From Tilletiaria anomala UBC 951 (lineage: Eukaryota), in contig NW_013547020.1 of the NCBI RefSeq assembly GCF_000711695.1, positions 372,001-436,000 of the forward strand: a stretch of 64,000 nt of DNA. Direction: 5' to 3'. This document shows positions 14,086 to 25,949 of the stretch, in pieces. The position numbers and the translations under genes were made by a program. A model generated the notes under the pieces. It was not told the origin of the DNA. It saw only the letters and a list, made by a program, of their open reading frames with translations, and did no database searches. Numbering within the stretch: the stretch's first letter is position 1; each line of letters opens with the position of its first letter.

Positions 14086-16238
14086 ATGCAGTCGAAGAAA
14101 TCATCAGAAACGCCAATGCTGCCCTCTCGGCACATGCTTGCCCGGGCACATATCCCTTCCAACCTGAGCAACCAATCTGCCATGGAGGCCTACCGCGCCT
14201 ACCGTGACCGCGTCCGTCAGCCTTTCCTTCAGCGCTACGCCGTCTTGGGGTTCCTCAGCTCTGGCACCTACGGAAGAGTTTATAGTGCCCGAGTTCGCAA
14301 GCAGCACGAAGAAGGCGGAAGCTGTGCAGACGGGAGAGACAAGAAGACCACCTCCGCTTCCTCCCGCACCGCCTCTGAAGATCCACAAGAAGACCCGCTC
14401 ACCATGGTCGCACGCGCCGAAGAGACGGGCGAGGAGATGTATGCGATCAAAAAGTTTAAGCCAGACAAAGAGACCGAGCAGCCAACGTACACGGGCATTA
14501 GCCAGAGTGCGATGCGAGAGATTGCGCTAAACCGAGAGCTGCGGCACGAGAACATTGTTCGTCTGCGCGAGGTGATGCTCGAGGACAAGGCAATCTATAT
14601 GGTCTTCAGTTACGCCGACCATGATTTCCTTCAGTTGATCCACCATCACAGTACCGTCCTGCGTGTGCCCATCCCGCTGTCGGTGCTCAAATCGCTACTG
14701 TACCAGCTGCTCCAAGGCGTCGCGTACCTGCACGCCAACTGGGTGCTGCATCGCGATCTCAAGCCGGCCAACATCCTCGTCACGTCGCACGGCCAAGTCA
14801 AGATCGGCGACCTGGGCTTGGCACGCGTGTACAGTGCCCCGCTGCTACCGCTGTACAATGCCGACAAGGTCGTCGTAACGATTTGGTATCGCGCGCCGGA
14901 GCTGCTCCTTGGCGCGCGACACTACACGCCCGCGATCGACCTGTGGGCCGTCGGATGCATCTGGGGCGAGCTTCTCGCGCTGCGGCCGATGTTCAAAGGC
15001 GAGGAGGCCAAGATGGACCCCAAGACGAAGGCGGTGCCGTTCCAGACGGACCAGCTAACGCGCATCGTCGAGATCCTCGGCACGCCTACGCCAGAGCGCT
15101 GGCCCGGTATCGGCACCATGCCTGACTACAAGACTTGGTGGCCGCACCTCGGCCTCGACAACTATGCCGATCGCCTGCAGCCGTGGTACACGTCGCGCTC
15201 GCGCCCGCAGACAGGCAACCCGGCTGGCTTTGACTTGTTCGAGTGCCTCCTGACGTACGACCCGGCCAAGCGGCTCACCGCCGAAGAGGTGCTGCATCAT
15301 CCGTGGTGGAAAGAGTCGCCTACGCCGACCCTGAAGTGAGTATGCAAGCGGAGAATACGCTGATTGCAAAAGAAATCCCGCATGCTGACATGCTCTCCGC
15401 CCTCCTGGTCCTGCCCTGTCGCAGTGCATTTGCGGAACTGCCGAGCTTGGGCTACACGTACCCTAGCCGTCGGATGCTGCCGCTCAACACGGATGGCGCG
15501 GACGCCTCAATGGCTTTACGAGTGCCACCACACGCAAAAGCGCAAGAACAAGCCTCCAAACGACCGCCTTCGATCCCACAAAATTTAATTGATCACGCCA
15601 TGGGTCGAAACTTGACAGCACAGCAAGCCAGTGCCGCAGCGCTGATGCTGGTCGCTGCAAAGCAGCAAGCGCAACAACAACAACAGCAACAACAGAAGCA
15701 AGCTGCGCCCACACAGCAAGCACCGCAACCACCATCAGCCAGCACGATGGAGCATTCCAGCGGCGGTGCGGGGAGGTCGGGCATTGTGGAAAACGCCATG
15801 GCAAACGACCCGAGCATGATTCTCGCGTCGGCCGTCGCGATGGAACTCGCAGCTGGCGTCAGAGACACGGGCGCAAGAGACGCTTCTGCCTCGCAGCGAG
15901 CAGCAGCGCAGGATCTGGTCGCATCCTCTCAGCTAACTGCGCAACTGCAGGCCACAACCGGCACGGCGAGCCTTGGCTTGCTCAACGCGATCCCGCAGGG
16001 ACCGTCTGCCCCACCGCCTGCGCCGATTTCTGCCGCTCCGAGCGTCGGCAGCTCTGGCCCTCCGGCCGGAGCTAGCGATGGAGGCGCCGGCGGAAGCGTT
16101 GGAGGTGGCAGAGGCACATCGAGTGCCGGCAACGGTTCTGCTGCTGGACTCTGGAAGGGACCGTCATCGAATGATATGCGGTCCACAGCTACGAGCAACG
16201 CGAGCATGCAGCGCAACAAGCGGCAGAAAATAAATTAA
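14086..16238 (+). CDS. SSN3: Mediator kinase CDK8/Ssn3/Srb10 with Gln/Gly-rich tail; intron 15336-15424
   Basis: SSGTYG, YAIKKFK, GISQSAMREI cyclin-C helix, HRDLKPANIL, DLGLAR, DKVVVTIWYRAPELLLG. Confidence 0.93.
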
Positions 16239-16384
16239 CCCTTGCCTCTCACGTCTCTTTCATGTATTTGTACTCGGCACAACGCACTGTAGCCTATCCT
16301 CCGCCATAGACACAAGCGAGAGCCGCATTGCATGCACGGCACTCTACAACTATCAGGAAGTCTATTCTGCTTAGCATGACTCCA

Positions 16385-17400
16385 ACTACACTCTTGATTC
16401 CCTTGCGCGCTGCGATGGCCAGGAAGTCCTCTTCGGCATCTTGGATGAGGTAACCATCCGTGGCGAGATTGTCGAGATCGACGGCTTGGCGGTTGAGCAG
16501 GTCGATGGCAACTTCGAAGCAGCTCGCATTGTACCGCAGGACACCGTACGCAGACACTTCCTTGGTTGTGAGCCGCAGCAGGTTAAAGTGCGGCGTCGTC
16601 GATCCAAGGCCAACATGACAGTCTGGGGCTAAGGGAGCGCGGCAAGGGGGGGGGCGTGAGCATGCAGCTATGCATGATGTGAGCGTTAGCGCGACGTCAC
16701 GAACAAGCGTCCCTCATACGAATGAGCTCCACAGCGTGGATCGCGGCCGCTTCCGAGTCAGACGCCTCGATGGCAAAGTCCATATCAGCGTCCTTTCCAT
16801 CTAATCCAGAATCTTGCAGCCAGCTCCGTGCATCTTGCGCAAAGGCGTGCTGCTTCTCCTCGCCCGTTATGAGTGTGGCGCACTGCTATTCGTTCCACCT
16901 GAATACGGCGCTGTGGTTGGTGGGTGTATTTTTGCGGCGTAGCGCGAGCTTGACGTGCGATACTTCGACGTCCATAATGTTTGCTTTTCGGATGCCATAT
17001 ATGCGCAAGATAAACAGGCACAGCTGGCCGATCGTGTCGCGCTGAGGGTTGTGAGCGTCTGGTGCGGCTCGGGCGCTGCTCAGCTCGCTACATGCATCTC
17101 TATCGCCAGCGCCTAGATCGCACAGAGAGATTTCCACAACACGTGGGCTGGGATGGCGACGAGGCAATATTGCGGGGCTAAAGGTAATGGCAGAATGCAT
17201 TAGGCAAGCCAGGTTATGTTCTGTAATCAACTCTGCGTGGCATGCATCTGCACTGCCAATGGACTCACGTCCACCGTTCGTCAGCGAGGTAGCAAAATTC
17301 TTTTCGTCGTTGCATCGATTCTGGTAACCCTGCCGGCACTGGTTGAACTTGTGGCAAGGCAGACCCGCCTTACTCCGGATCTTGCACCCGCATTCAGTAC
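16385..17400 (-). pseudogene. Decayed zinc-dependent polyol (sorbitol/xylitol/arabitol-like) dehydrogenase, MDR family
   Basis: Collinear fragments in shifting frames: LPCHKFNQCRQGYQNRC (structural Zn site, one Cys lost); LVAIPAHVLW...AI*ALAI (TAG 17115-17113); IGQLCLFILRIYGIRKANIMDV; DFAIEASDSE; GVLRYNASCFEVAIDLL...DAEEDF. Confidence 0.75.
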
Positions 17401-18538
17401 CATCAGTGTCGACTATTCGTAATCAAGGATTGCGTGGATGATCTGCGAGCACTCGTGGCCAAGCGAGGTGAGGATTGACGAGCCCGTGACCTCCAATGCC
17501 GCCTTTGGGGTACTGGTTGAGGTCCGAGCCGCAGATTCCGTTGGCTAGGATCTTGACTATTGTCTTTCCGGGTCTGGGTGCCGCGAGTGATCAGGTTTCG
17601 ATCCGGAGGTCCTTGGCGACGTGTAGAGCCGCAGCGATGTTGTCCTGGGTCACCGTGAGGTGGGCATGAATCCATTTGGGACGGTCGCCGCTTGCGGAGG
17701 AGGGTAGATTTTACAGGACGTCGAGCTCGACAGCAGGTGGCCATTCCGTCTGCAGATCTGAAGCGCGCCTACAAGTGATGCACTGCATGTTGAAAAGGCA
17801 TCCTGCCGCTGATGCTCTTCTGTATATACTGCTGGGATACCAAGCAAAGCCACATATTCATTTACGTTCATGCTGAAGCACTCCTGCCGGATGACTCGGC
17901 GTGGGGAAAACATGGGCAGCCGGGACTCCCCCGACCAATTCCTAACCTTCTTAACTTTGGGCTCGCTTGCCCTCCATTCTTTGCCTTCTGATTCCAGGGC
18001 TGCTTCCTTACCCTCAGCTTCGGCATTCTGCTCCATGAGCGCATGGAGCAGCGGGAAGCACGACTTCCTCGGCCTCATCCATGTCCGCGTCTTCTGTCAG
18101 AACTGCAGGAGCATGTCCCTCTGTGGCAGCTAATGAGTCGTAGTTGATAGGTTGATTAGTTAACGCCTTATGTAACGTACTAAATTGCTTGCCATGTATG
18201 ATGCAGGCTTGATCAACTAGCAAGCCCACACAAGGGCACTAAGCTAGGCTTTGGCTCGCCCTGAGTTTGTTTCAGTGGTCGGAGCCTTGGGGATCTTCTG
18301 TTTCTTTTCGCTTCTTACAGTGACGCGATGAGCACAGCATGCGATCGATCAACCCGTGAGAAACCATGCTCTGTGCAGATGCAACATCCTTGCAACGCTG
18401 CTTTAAAGACCCGGATTTCAAAGTGTCTCACGGGCCTAGTACTGTACAATTGCAAGATGGTGGTTGAGACACCTAATGTGAATACGATACATCATTCTCC
18501 CTTTCTCTCTCCGTGCCTAGTAAAACAAAAATTTACCC

Positions 18539-20461
18539 TCACGCGTACAGCCGCTTCGTGTACGACTCTAAGCCGCTGATACCGCCCTCGAGCTGGGCCT
18601 GCGCGGTGCGTAGCTCAAAGCGGACCCTGCCCTCTGCAACCCCCGCGCGCAGCGCCTCAACCGAGCGGACGCCCATGTCCTGCAGCGAGTGCTGCAGCCC
18701 GGTAAAGAGGTACGGCAGAAACTTGATGACGCTTCCCTTGTCCTGCACGGCTCCTGAGACGCCTTGGGCGACCTTGACAGCGTCCGCCTCAGAAAAGTAG
18801 CGTTGAGTCGCAGCGTTCTCAGTGATGCTTGCGTCCTGCGCGAGGCTCTTGGCCTTCACCGCGCCTTTGCCCGTTGCACCAGGGACACTGGCGGGCTTCT
18901 GGTGCTCCATCGCTTCAATCGAGCCCATGCCGCGGTAGCCCTTCAGACGTTTGCCCTCGCGGTAAAAGTACTCGCCGGGGGACTCGGTCGTGCCGGCGAG
19001 CAGACCACCCATCATGACGGCGCTCGCGCCAAGCGCCATGGCCTTGGCGATATGCCCGACATTGGAGATGCCGCCATCGGCGATGACGGGGACGCCGAAC
19101 TTGCGTGCAAACTCAGCGACGGCGTAAACAGCCGTGCCCTGCGGGCGACCGACCGCCATGACCTCCTGCGTGATGCAGATTGAGCCGCTGCCCATGCCGA
19201 CACGCAGCGCATCGGCGCCCGCGGCAATGAGGGTCGCTGCCTGCTCGCGCGTCACGACGTTCCCTGCGATAACCTCAAGCTTGGGGAACTTTTCCTTGAT
19301 CCACTGGATCATCTCCACCTGGAAGACTGAGTTACCCTGCGATGAATCCAGCACGACGACGTCGAGACCAGCGTCGACGAGCAGCCGCAGGCGGTCCTTG
19401 TCCGACGGACGCGTGCCAACCGCCGCGGCGCAGTAGAGCTGCTTGCTCTCGGGGCGCTTACTGGCAAGCGGGTAGTTCTGGTTCTTGAGCAAGTCGGAGC
19501 GAGCGAGCAGGCTGACGAGACGGCCTTGTGCGTCGATGATGGGCAGCTTTCCCTTCTTAGAATCGCGCAGGATCGTGTTGGCCTCCTCCAGCGTGATGCC
19601 TTCGCGGGCGAGAACCAGGTTTGACGTCATGACCTCGGACAGCGGCACGTTGGGGTCTCGGAACTGCACGTCGCGAGCCGTGACGATACCGAGCAGCTTG
19701 CCGTGCAGAGCGCCGGTGTCTACGCGTTCGAAGCAGAAGTGACATTTTTGTCAGCCTTCCGTTCTGTCTCAGCAAGCATTCTGGTGCGATAAGGACAAAA
19801 TCAGAGGACATAGGTTGGGTAATCCGCATGTCACCACTCAAGTCTAAGAGCGGTTCAATAGGCAGAACGAAGGTTGTAACAGTATAGTGATGATTTTCAT
19901 CACCAAAGAAACGTGCCGGCGATCACGCAATCTCGCAAACAGAGGAAAAAGGAACCCACCTGTGATAGGGATGCCACCAAAGCCGAGGCGCTCCTTAATC
20001 TCGAGGACGTCGCCGACGGTTTCGCTAGGGGATAGGCAGAGTGGCTCCGTGATGAAGCCGTTCTCGTACTTCTTGACCTTGCGCACCATGCTCGCCTGCT
20101 CCTGCGGTGACATGTTGTTGTGGATAACACCCATGCCGCCCATGAGGCCGATGGCGACGGCCATGTTGGTCTCGGTGACTGTGTCCATGGGCGAGGAGAG
20201 GAATGGCGTGTTAAGGACGACGTTGCGCGTGACGCGTGTCTGCAGCGACACCTCGGATGCAGGAAAGTCGATGAAGCCCGGAAGTGCGAGGAAATCATTG
20301 TACGTCAGCCCACCATGCTCGCGGCTGTTCATCAGCTCCGACATGGCGAGGCCATCGCCGAACTGATAGGTCTTCAGGTGGGCGACTGCCTCGGAGGGGT
20401 CGAGGACGCGCTGGGACGTCGACGCATCGCCGTTCGCGCCACCGTTGATTGCAGGTGCCAT
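18539..20461 (-). CDS. IMD1: IMP dehydrogenase; exons 20461-19960 and 19719-18539
   Basis: [19 protein letters not shown] pair, catalytic [24 protein letters not shown]. Confidence 0.97.
19797..19908 (-). ncRNA. Intronic box C/D snoRNA, snR54/U59-like (18S Am974 guide)
   Basis: Box C GTGATGA (19903-19897); guide AACCTTCGTTCT (19875-19864) complementary to basidiomycete 18S AGAACGAAGGTT; D'-like CCTA; box D CTGA (19804-19801); inside the 240-nt IMPDH intron. Confidence 0.75.
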
Positions 20462-22019
20462 TTTGGATAGTAGCAAGAGATGAGTTGAGGATGGGCAACA
20501 GAGGGCTTTCGTCTCGCGGTCGAGGCAGCTTGCAAAGGGCTCTGCAAGGGGGCGATTGCCAGGAAAAGAAGAGAGGAAGGTTAGGAAGGGCAAAGGGAGA
20601 ACGGAAGGATGCTTTTGTAGTGTGTAGGACGAGGAGAGCCTGATCTCTCAGTGAAAAAATTTGGCAGAGCGAGCGGAACAAGAAGCGTTCAGAGAGATTC
20701 TACTCTCTCTACAACTGCAACTCTTCGATGCGATCGAGATAAAGCCTTGGCTGACCCCTGCCGACTTGTCGGGTAGGACAAGCTCCGACATTGTCATGTA
20801 GTACACGATGGCCATGCCTTACTCTCCTACTTGAGGACCATTCGGATCCGTCTTCGAAGACGGCGATCTGAGGCTTTCCAGCCAGCATATATATCTTGTG
20901 GGTGTGCCATTTGGCCCTCCCTCACAAGGCCTGCCGATCTTCGGATCCATCGAGAGCTGGGCCAAGTGTCAAGAGGGTCCTGGAGCCCTCATTCAGCCAC
21001 TGCTTGATGATGGTGTACTAATAGAAGCATGATTTAGGTAAGGCGATCGGGATGGCGTTGCCGCTGTCGATGCAATTCACAGTGCGGAAAAGTTACGGAG
21101 TGTCGTATGTGACTGGCATGGAACACATTGTAAAATTACCGGACGACGTCATAAGCTCGTCGCCATTGGTCGTCGATGACGTTTGAGGGCCATCACCACC
21201 TCAAATTCCAGCCGTAGTCTATACTACTCACGGTCTGTGATCCTTTGGCGCTCAATGTGCTCCGACACCGGCGACGCCAAACCAATCGCTTTTCCTGATC
21301 GCCCGCTCTCGGCGTACCAGGGCCAGCATTAAGCAGCTGAGCGAGATCGTCAAGTCAACAGGCGAGACGTCGGCCTCGGCAGTTGCAGATGCATCTATCT
21401 TTGTTTTCATCCAAGTCGTCTCTGATTACGAACCTGGAGAGGTCAGACTGCCGGCAACGACTTGCTGCGAATGTGGCAAAGCAAGAGCACACGACCCTAC
21501 CGACGGATGCAGACAGGAGAGGCGCGGAGGCGATATGATGCAGAGAGGACTCGAGACGAACGCCCATCCAGGCGGATGCGGATCCTAGCTTCGAGCTGCT
21601 GATAAATGCCGCACCCTACAAAAAATTCGCCGACCTTGGACCGGTCGTGGTGGTCGGCTATACCTTTTGTGAGCGATCGGTACTGGCGATCTGCACTCCC
21701 AGGTGATGTATCTTCGCTTCTTCCATGTGCGGCAGCGCTCCTCCTTTCGTTGACATAGGCGAAAAGAATCTCCTTCTGTGGTCGGATCGAAGCATCTAAG
21801 GCTCAACTCTTTAGGCAGGCAAGCCGTTCATGTACTCGAGCAGGTGGAAGCGTCGTTGATGGTTGAGTATGCTAGGGGAAATAGTGTTACAATGAGGCGG
21901 AGTGTGTGAATGCAGAATAGCAAGGCACGGCTCCATGCAAAGCTGTGTGCTTGCACCATGCTATCTATGTGTATGGATGGATGCTGGCCGCAGGCCGGTG
22001 ATGCTCGTCGACGGGACTC

Positions 22020-24192
22020 CTACAGCTCAAAAATGCTCTTCTCGCTGCCAAACAGGGTCTGGTACAAATGCTCGAGCTTCGCCTGCGCCTTTGCGACGCC
22101 TGCGCCAGTGCCAATTTCGTCATTGATGGTGAGGAACTTGAGCTTGCCCGTTTTGATGCGCTCGACGATAGACTGCCTCACGCGGTCTGTCTCGTCGTCG
22201 TTGGAGGTCCACTTGACGAGGAGCGTCGTGTCGCGCGCCTCATTGTCGTTCATGATATCAAACTGCAGCCCCAGCGCATGGCTGCCCTCCTGCGCGACGT
22301 AAGAGTGCACGAGCAACGGCGTGATCACATCTTTGCTCGAACGGAACTTATTCTGGCTCGTCTCGTGCAGCTCGCGCCAGAAGCGCTGGTGCATGCCGAG
22401 GAACGCTGTGCGCGTGTACACAAACGGTGCGTGCTTCAGCCAGCGCGGGGGGAAGTGCTTAATGGGCGCGTACGCCTTCTGGATCGCGGTGACCGTGTTG
22501 TACACGCTCTGTCGCCACACGTTGCTGTTCGGCGACATGTGGTGCGTCTTGTACTGGTCCGGGAGCACGATCGGCGATTCTTCGAGGTACTGTCGAACGC
22601 CGCGCGTCGGCGTGAAAAAGTCGCGGGGGTGTACGGGTGACACGAACATGTAGTCGTCGTTGCAATGGATGAAATGCTCCGTCAGGCCGGGCACAAGGTG
22701 AAGGTATTGCTCGACGACGTTGGAGCTGAAGGTGGGCTGTGCATCGCGCGGGATGATCGCGTCCTGATGCACCCATACAAGCCTGCTGTTCTGCACGTTA
22801 GAGGCGGACGACTCCTTCATGAAGCCAGATTTCGAGATCTCTGAGCCGAGACGAGCCCAGCTGGGAGGCGAAGGGCTGACGATGAAGATCTTGCCGGTGT
22901 GCCAGGGCAGCTGGCGATGGAGCGTGCGCAGGCTGAAGCGCAGATCCTCGTTGTCGCGATCGCGGTTGCCGCCTACCTGGCCGCCCAAGGCTTTTCGCTG
23001 CGCTGCAAATGTTGGATCGGAGCCATTCTGCGGACAGGTTGTAAAGGCGTGGAACGTCAGTACTCGACCAAAATGAAGAAAACGCGAGCCAAGCTGAGGG
23101 TCAGGGAACAAAGACTCGACTCACCACCCAAGTGTACACTAGACTGACGTCCCTTGCCCACTCCCACTCCGGCTCCAGTTCGGCCCCGGAAGGCAAAGTG
23201 CCGGCAGCAGCAGGAGCGGCGGCAGCGACCGAAATGGCTGATAACTTCCCTTTATTCCCAGGAGCAGCGCCGCCGGAGGGGAACAATTGCCAGGTGTTAA
23301 CGGCAGCGGTTCCTTCGGCTGCGGCATTGTTTGCTGCCGTAGGTGCACCTACAGTGCTCAGGCGAGGGCGGTAAAGCGATAGACCAAGTGTGGCGAGGAG
23401 GAACAGCGCACAGAGCACGAGCACGAAGAAGGCGTTGCGGAGCGGACGGTTCGCAGACTGAACGGACAGCAGTCTAGCACCAGAGCGTGCAGGTCCCCCT
23501 CGCCTGCCGGCGCGCGGGAGCAGGCTATATGCTGCTGCGCCTGCGGCAGCTGCCCCGACGCCGGCGCTCTTCTCGTCGTACATATCCTGCGACAACGACG
23601 ACACGGATGGCGAGTACGAAGAGGAAGGAGACGATGTGGAGGCCTTCTCGAACGCTTGGTGTTGCGCGCCGCTAAAGTTGAACCTGTACTCCCCCGCTTG
23701 TTCGGCAGCCGCGTCGTGGTAGGTGCCATACGCTGCATCAAGGTTTGAGGGGGGCTGGGAGGGCATAAAGAAGGAGACCATGCCACTCTTACTTTTCCGC
23801 GTGGCAAGCGCCAGGTGCTGGCTGTATGAGCCATGTCGAGTCTTGCTCGGACTCGGGACATCCACGTCCAGGTGCACCTCGAGGGGCTTGGCGTATTGCG
23901 CCGGGGCCGCCATGTCTGCTTGGTTGTCGGCTGCAAAGACCTGCGGAGGGGCGCTATCTGCTACGCTTGGCGGTAAGGTAGTCAAGTTGGATCTCGACTC
24001 GCTTGCACTTGCACTTCCGCCCGTGCTGCCAATAATATCGTCTCGTTGCAACCCAGCTCCCGCGTGGATGAACACGGCGCGAGCATCAGGCGTGTCCGGT
24101 GCGGTGGGATGGAGGCCCTTACGGAGGTGGAGGAGTTGTGAAGGATCGTGTGCGTCCGACATCGTCGAGCTCATGCCTGTGCTATTGCTCAT
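22020..24192 (-). CDS. Stealth-family sugar-1-phosphate transferase, type II membrane protein; intron 23028-23124
   Basis: CR1 DVSLVYTWV^NGSDP; CR2 RDNEDLRFSLR...PTFSS...FIHCNDDYMF; CR3 KHAPF...KFRSSKD; CR4 KFLTINDE...KSIFEL; single TM FFVLVLCALFLLATLGLSLY. Confidence 0.9.
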
Positions 24193-25949
24193 ACTGTATG
24201 ACGTGGATGTGGGAGCCCAGCGGTGTTGTCTGTCTATGTCTTGGAGGCTTCAGCAAGAAGGGTAGCAGAGCAGAGCAGAGCGGCGCAGAGGAGAATCAAC
24301 GCGATGCCCAGGCTTGGGTGATGCACTGTGAATCCTGCGGAATCACGAGATTTGGCGGTGCCCGAGGGGCTGGAATGGAAAGACCCGCAAGGTGTGCGCG
24401 TTAGGAAGAGGCCTGCTCCTACTTTTTGTATGCGGACGAACAGCCTTTAGCTAAGTATTGACGGCAGAGGCGGTAAAGACCCGCCCGCGGCAGGCCGATG
24501 GTGGGCGTCAAGGTAGGTGCTGAGGAGGGTATACCGTGGAGTGGTATTAGGGCCTTGCAGTTGCAATAATGTCCACAGTGAAGAACGAGGCGATGCCAGC
24601 TAAATGGGACCGTCGAGAGTTCGAGTATGTCCGCCGTGCCCGGCGAACGGCAATGTAGAGTTGCTCACCTCTGCCGGTGGCTTTTCCTGAGCTAATGGAG
24701 AAGGAGATACACTGCTAACCACTACAAATAAAGTGACTGCAGTCGCACGAAAAGAGTATCCCAGCAAGTGTGGATGGCAGGCAGATGCGACTGCGAAAGC
24801 TTTGTGCGGGAAGCAGATCGATGCGGCAGGCGGCGCTTTCGATATACGGGAGGCCCGCTGGGGATGGAACGATGAAGCGATGAGGTCGCACGTGGTACCG
24901 TTCGGCACGATGCCCACGATGAGCCGGCGGTTGGTCAGCACGCGGCTGCAGGCCAACTGGGAACCGAGTGTGCACTCTACTTTGGATGCTTGTAGTGCGC
25001 ACGCCCGGGTCGGAAACAAAAGCTGGCACTGGCACTGTCAGGGGACACGGTCTCTGTCATCGAGGCGAGCTGCGGAAGTGTGGGTGGCGGGGACGGTTGG
25101 CGGGCTAACTCGCGAGCTCGTTTGCAACCTCCTGGAATGGCATTCATTAGGTTCCGTCCATGCCTGGTGCCGACAGTCTCCAAGGGTGGGTTGATTGCCC
25201 CTCCTTTCCTCTTTTTACTTCCCCTGTCTTCTCGCCCGTTGCCACCCACCGCCTGGCTCTCCCTGGCTTCCGTGCTGCAGAAGAGGGAAGATGGACTGGC
25301 GGGGTGGGGGGGGGGCAGCTTTCAGAGCGGTGGAGCGCTCTGTTGCGTGACCCTCGCAAGCACTTGGCCCGTCTTTGTGGTCCACTCCTAAATCATTAAC
25401 GGTCCACAGGGCCATGCCGGCTGGCACTGGCACTGTCACTGCATTGCATTGCATACACTGGCCGTGCGCCAGACAGGCCGGAGAGCCACAGGGAGCCGCA
25501 CGCGGCAGCCGGCTCGCCCCTTCCGCGGTGGACGTTACTTACCCGGACAACGGACTGTCTCGTAGTCAGCACAACGGCACTGCACTGCAGCAGGGCAATC
25601 GAATCGGGGCCTCACGCTCCTTTGTCTTATTTGGTCCGTTTCTCTTAGGCCCAGGCCGGCATTGCACAAGTGTACATATGCCCGCTCATACCTCGCCCAG
25701 CCAGCAGTAGCCCATCACTGCCAAACCCTACTCCACCGCGCGCCGCACTGCATTGAACGGAAGCGAGGTAGGGAGGGCCGAACGGAACGGCAGTGACGAA
25801 CGATGACCAATCCCTGCTCGGATTGCTCAGATTGATCGCTCCCATCACAATGTGCTCAGAGCATCGCCCAAGGCTGCTGGATCAAACCATTGCAAGTAGC
25901 CTGCTATCACCAAGTTCAATATTACAAAGTCGGTCCAAAGGAGATCGCA

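Noticed and set aside
18539..20461. IMPDH as a mycophenolate self-resistance gene in a biosynthetic cluster
   Set aside because: No PKS, prenyltransferase or tailoring genes nearby, and it hosts the housekeeping snoRNA
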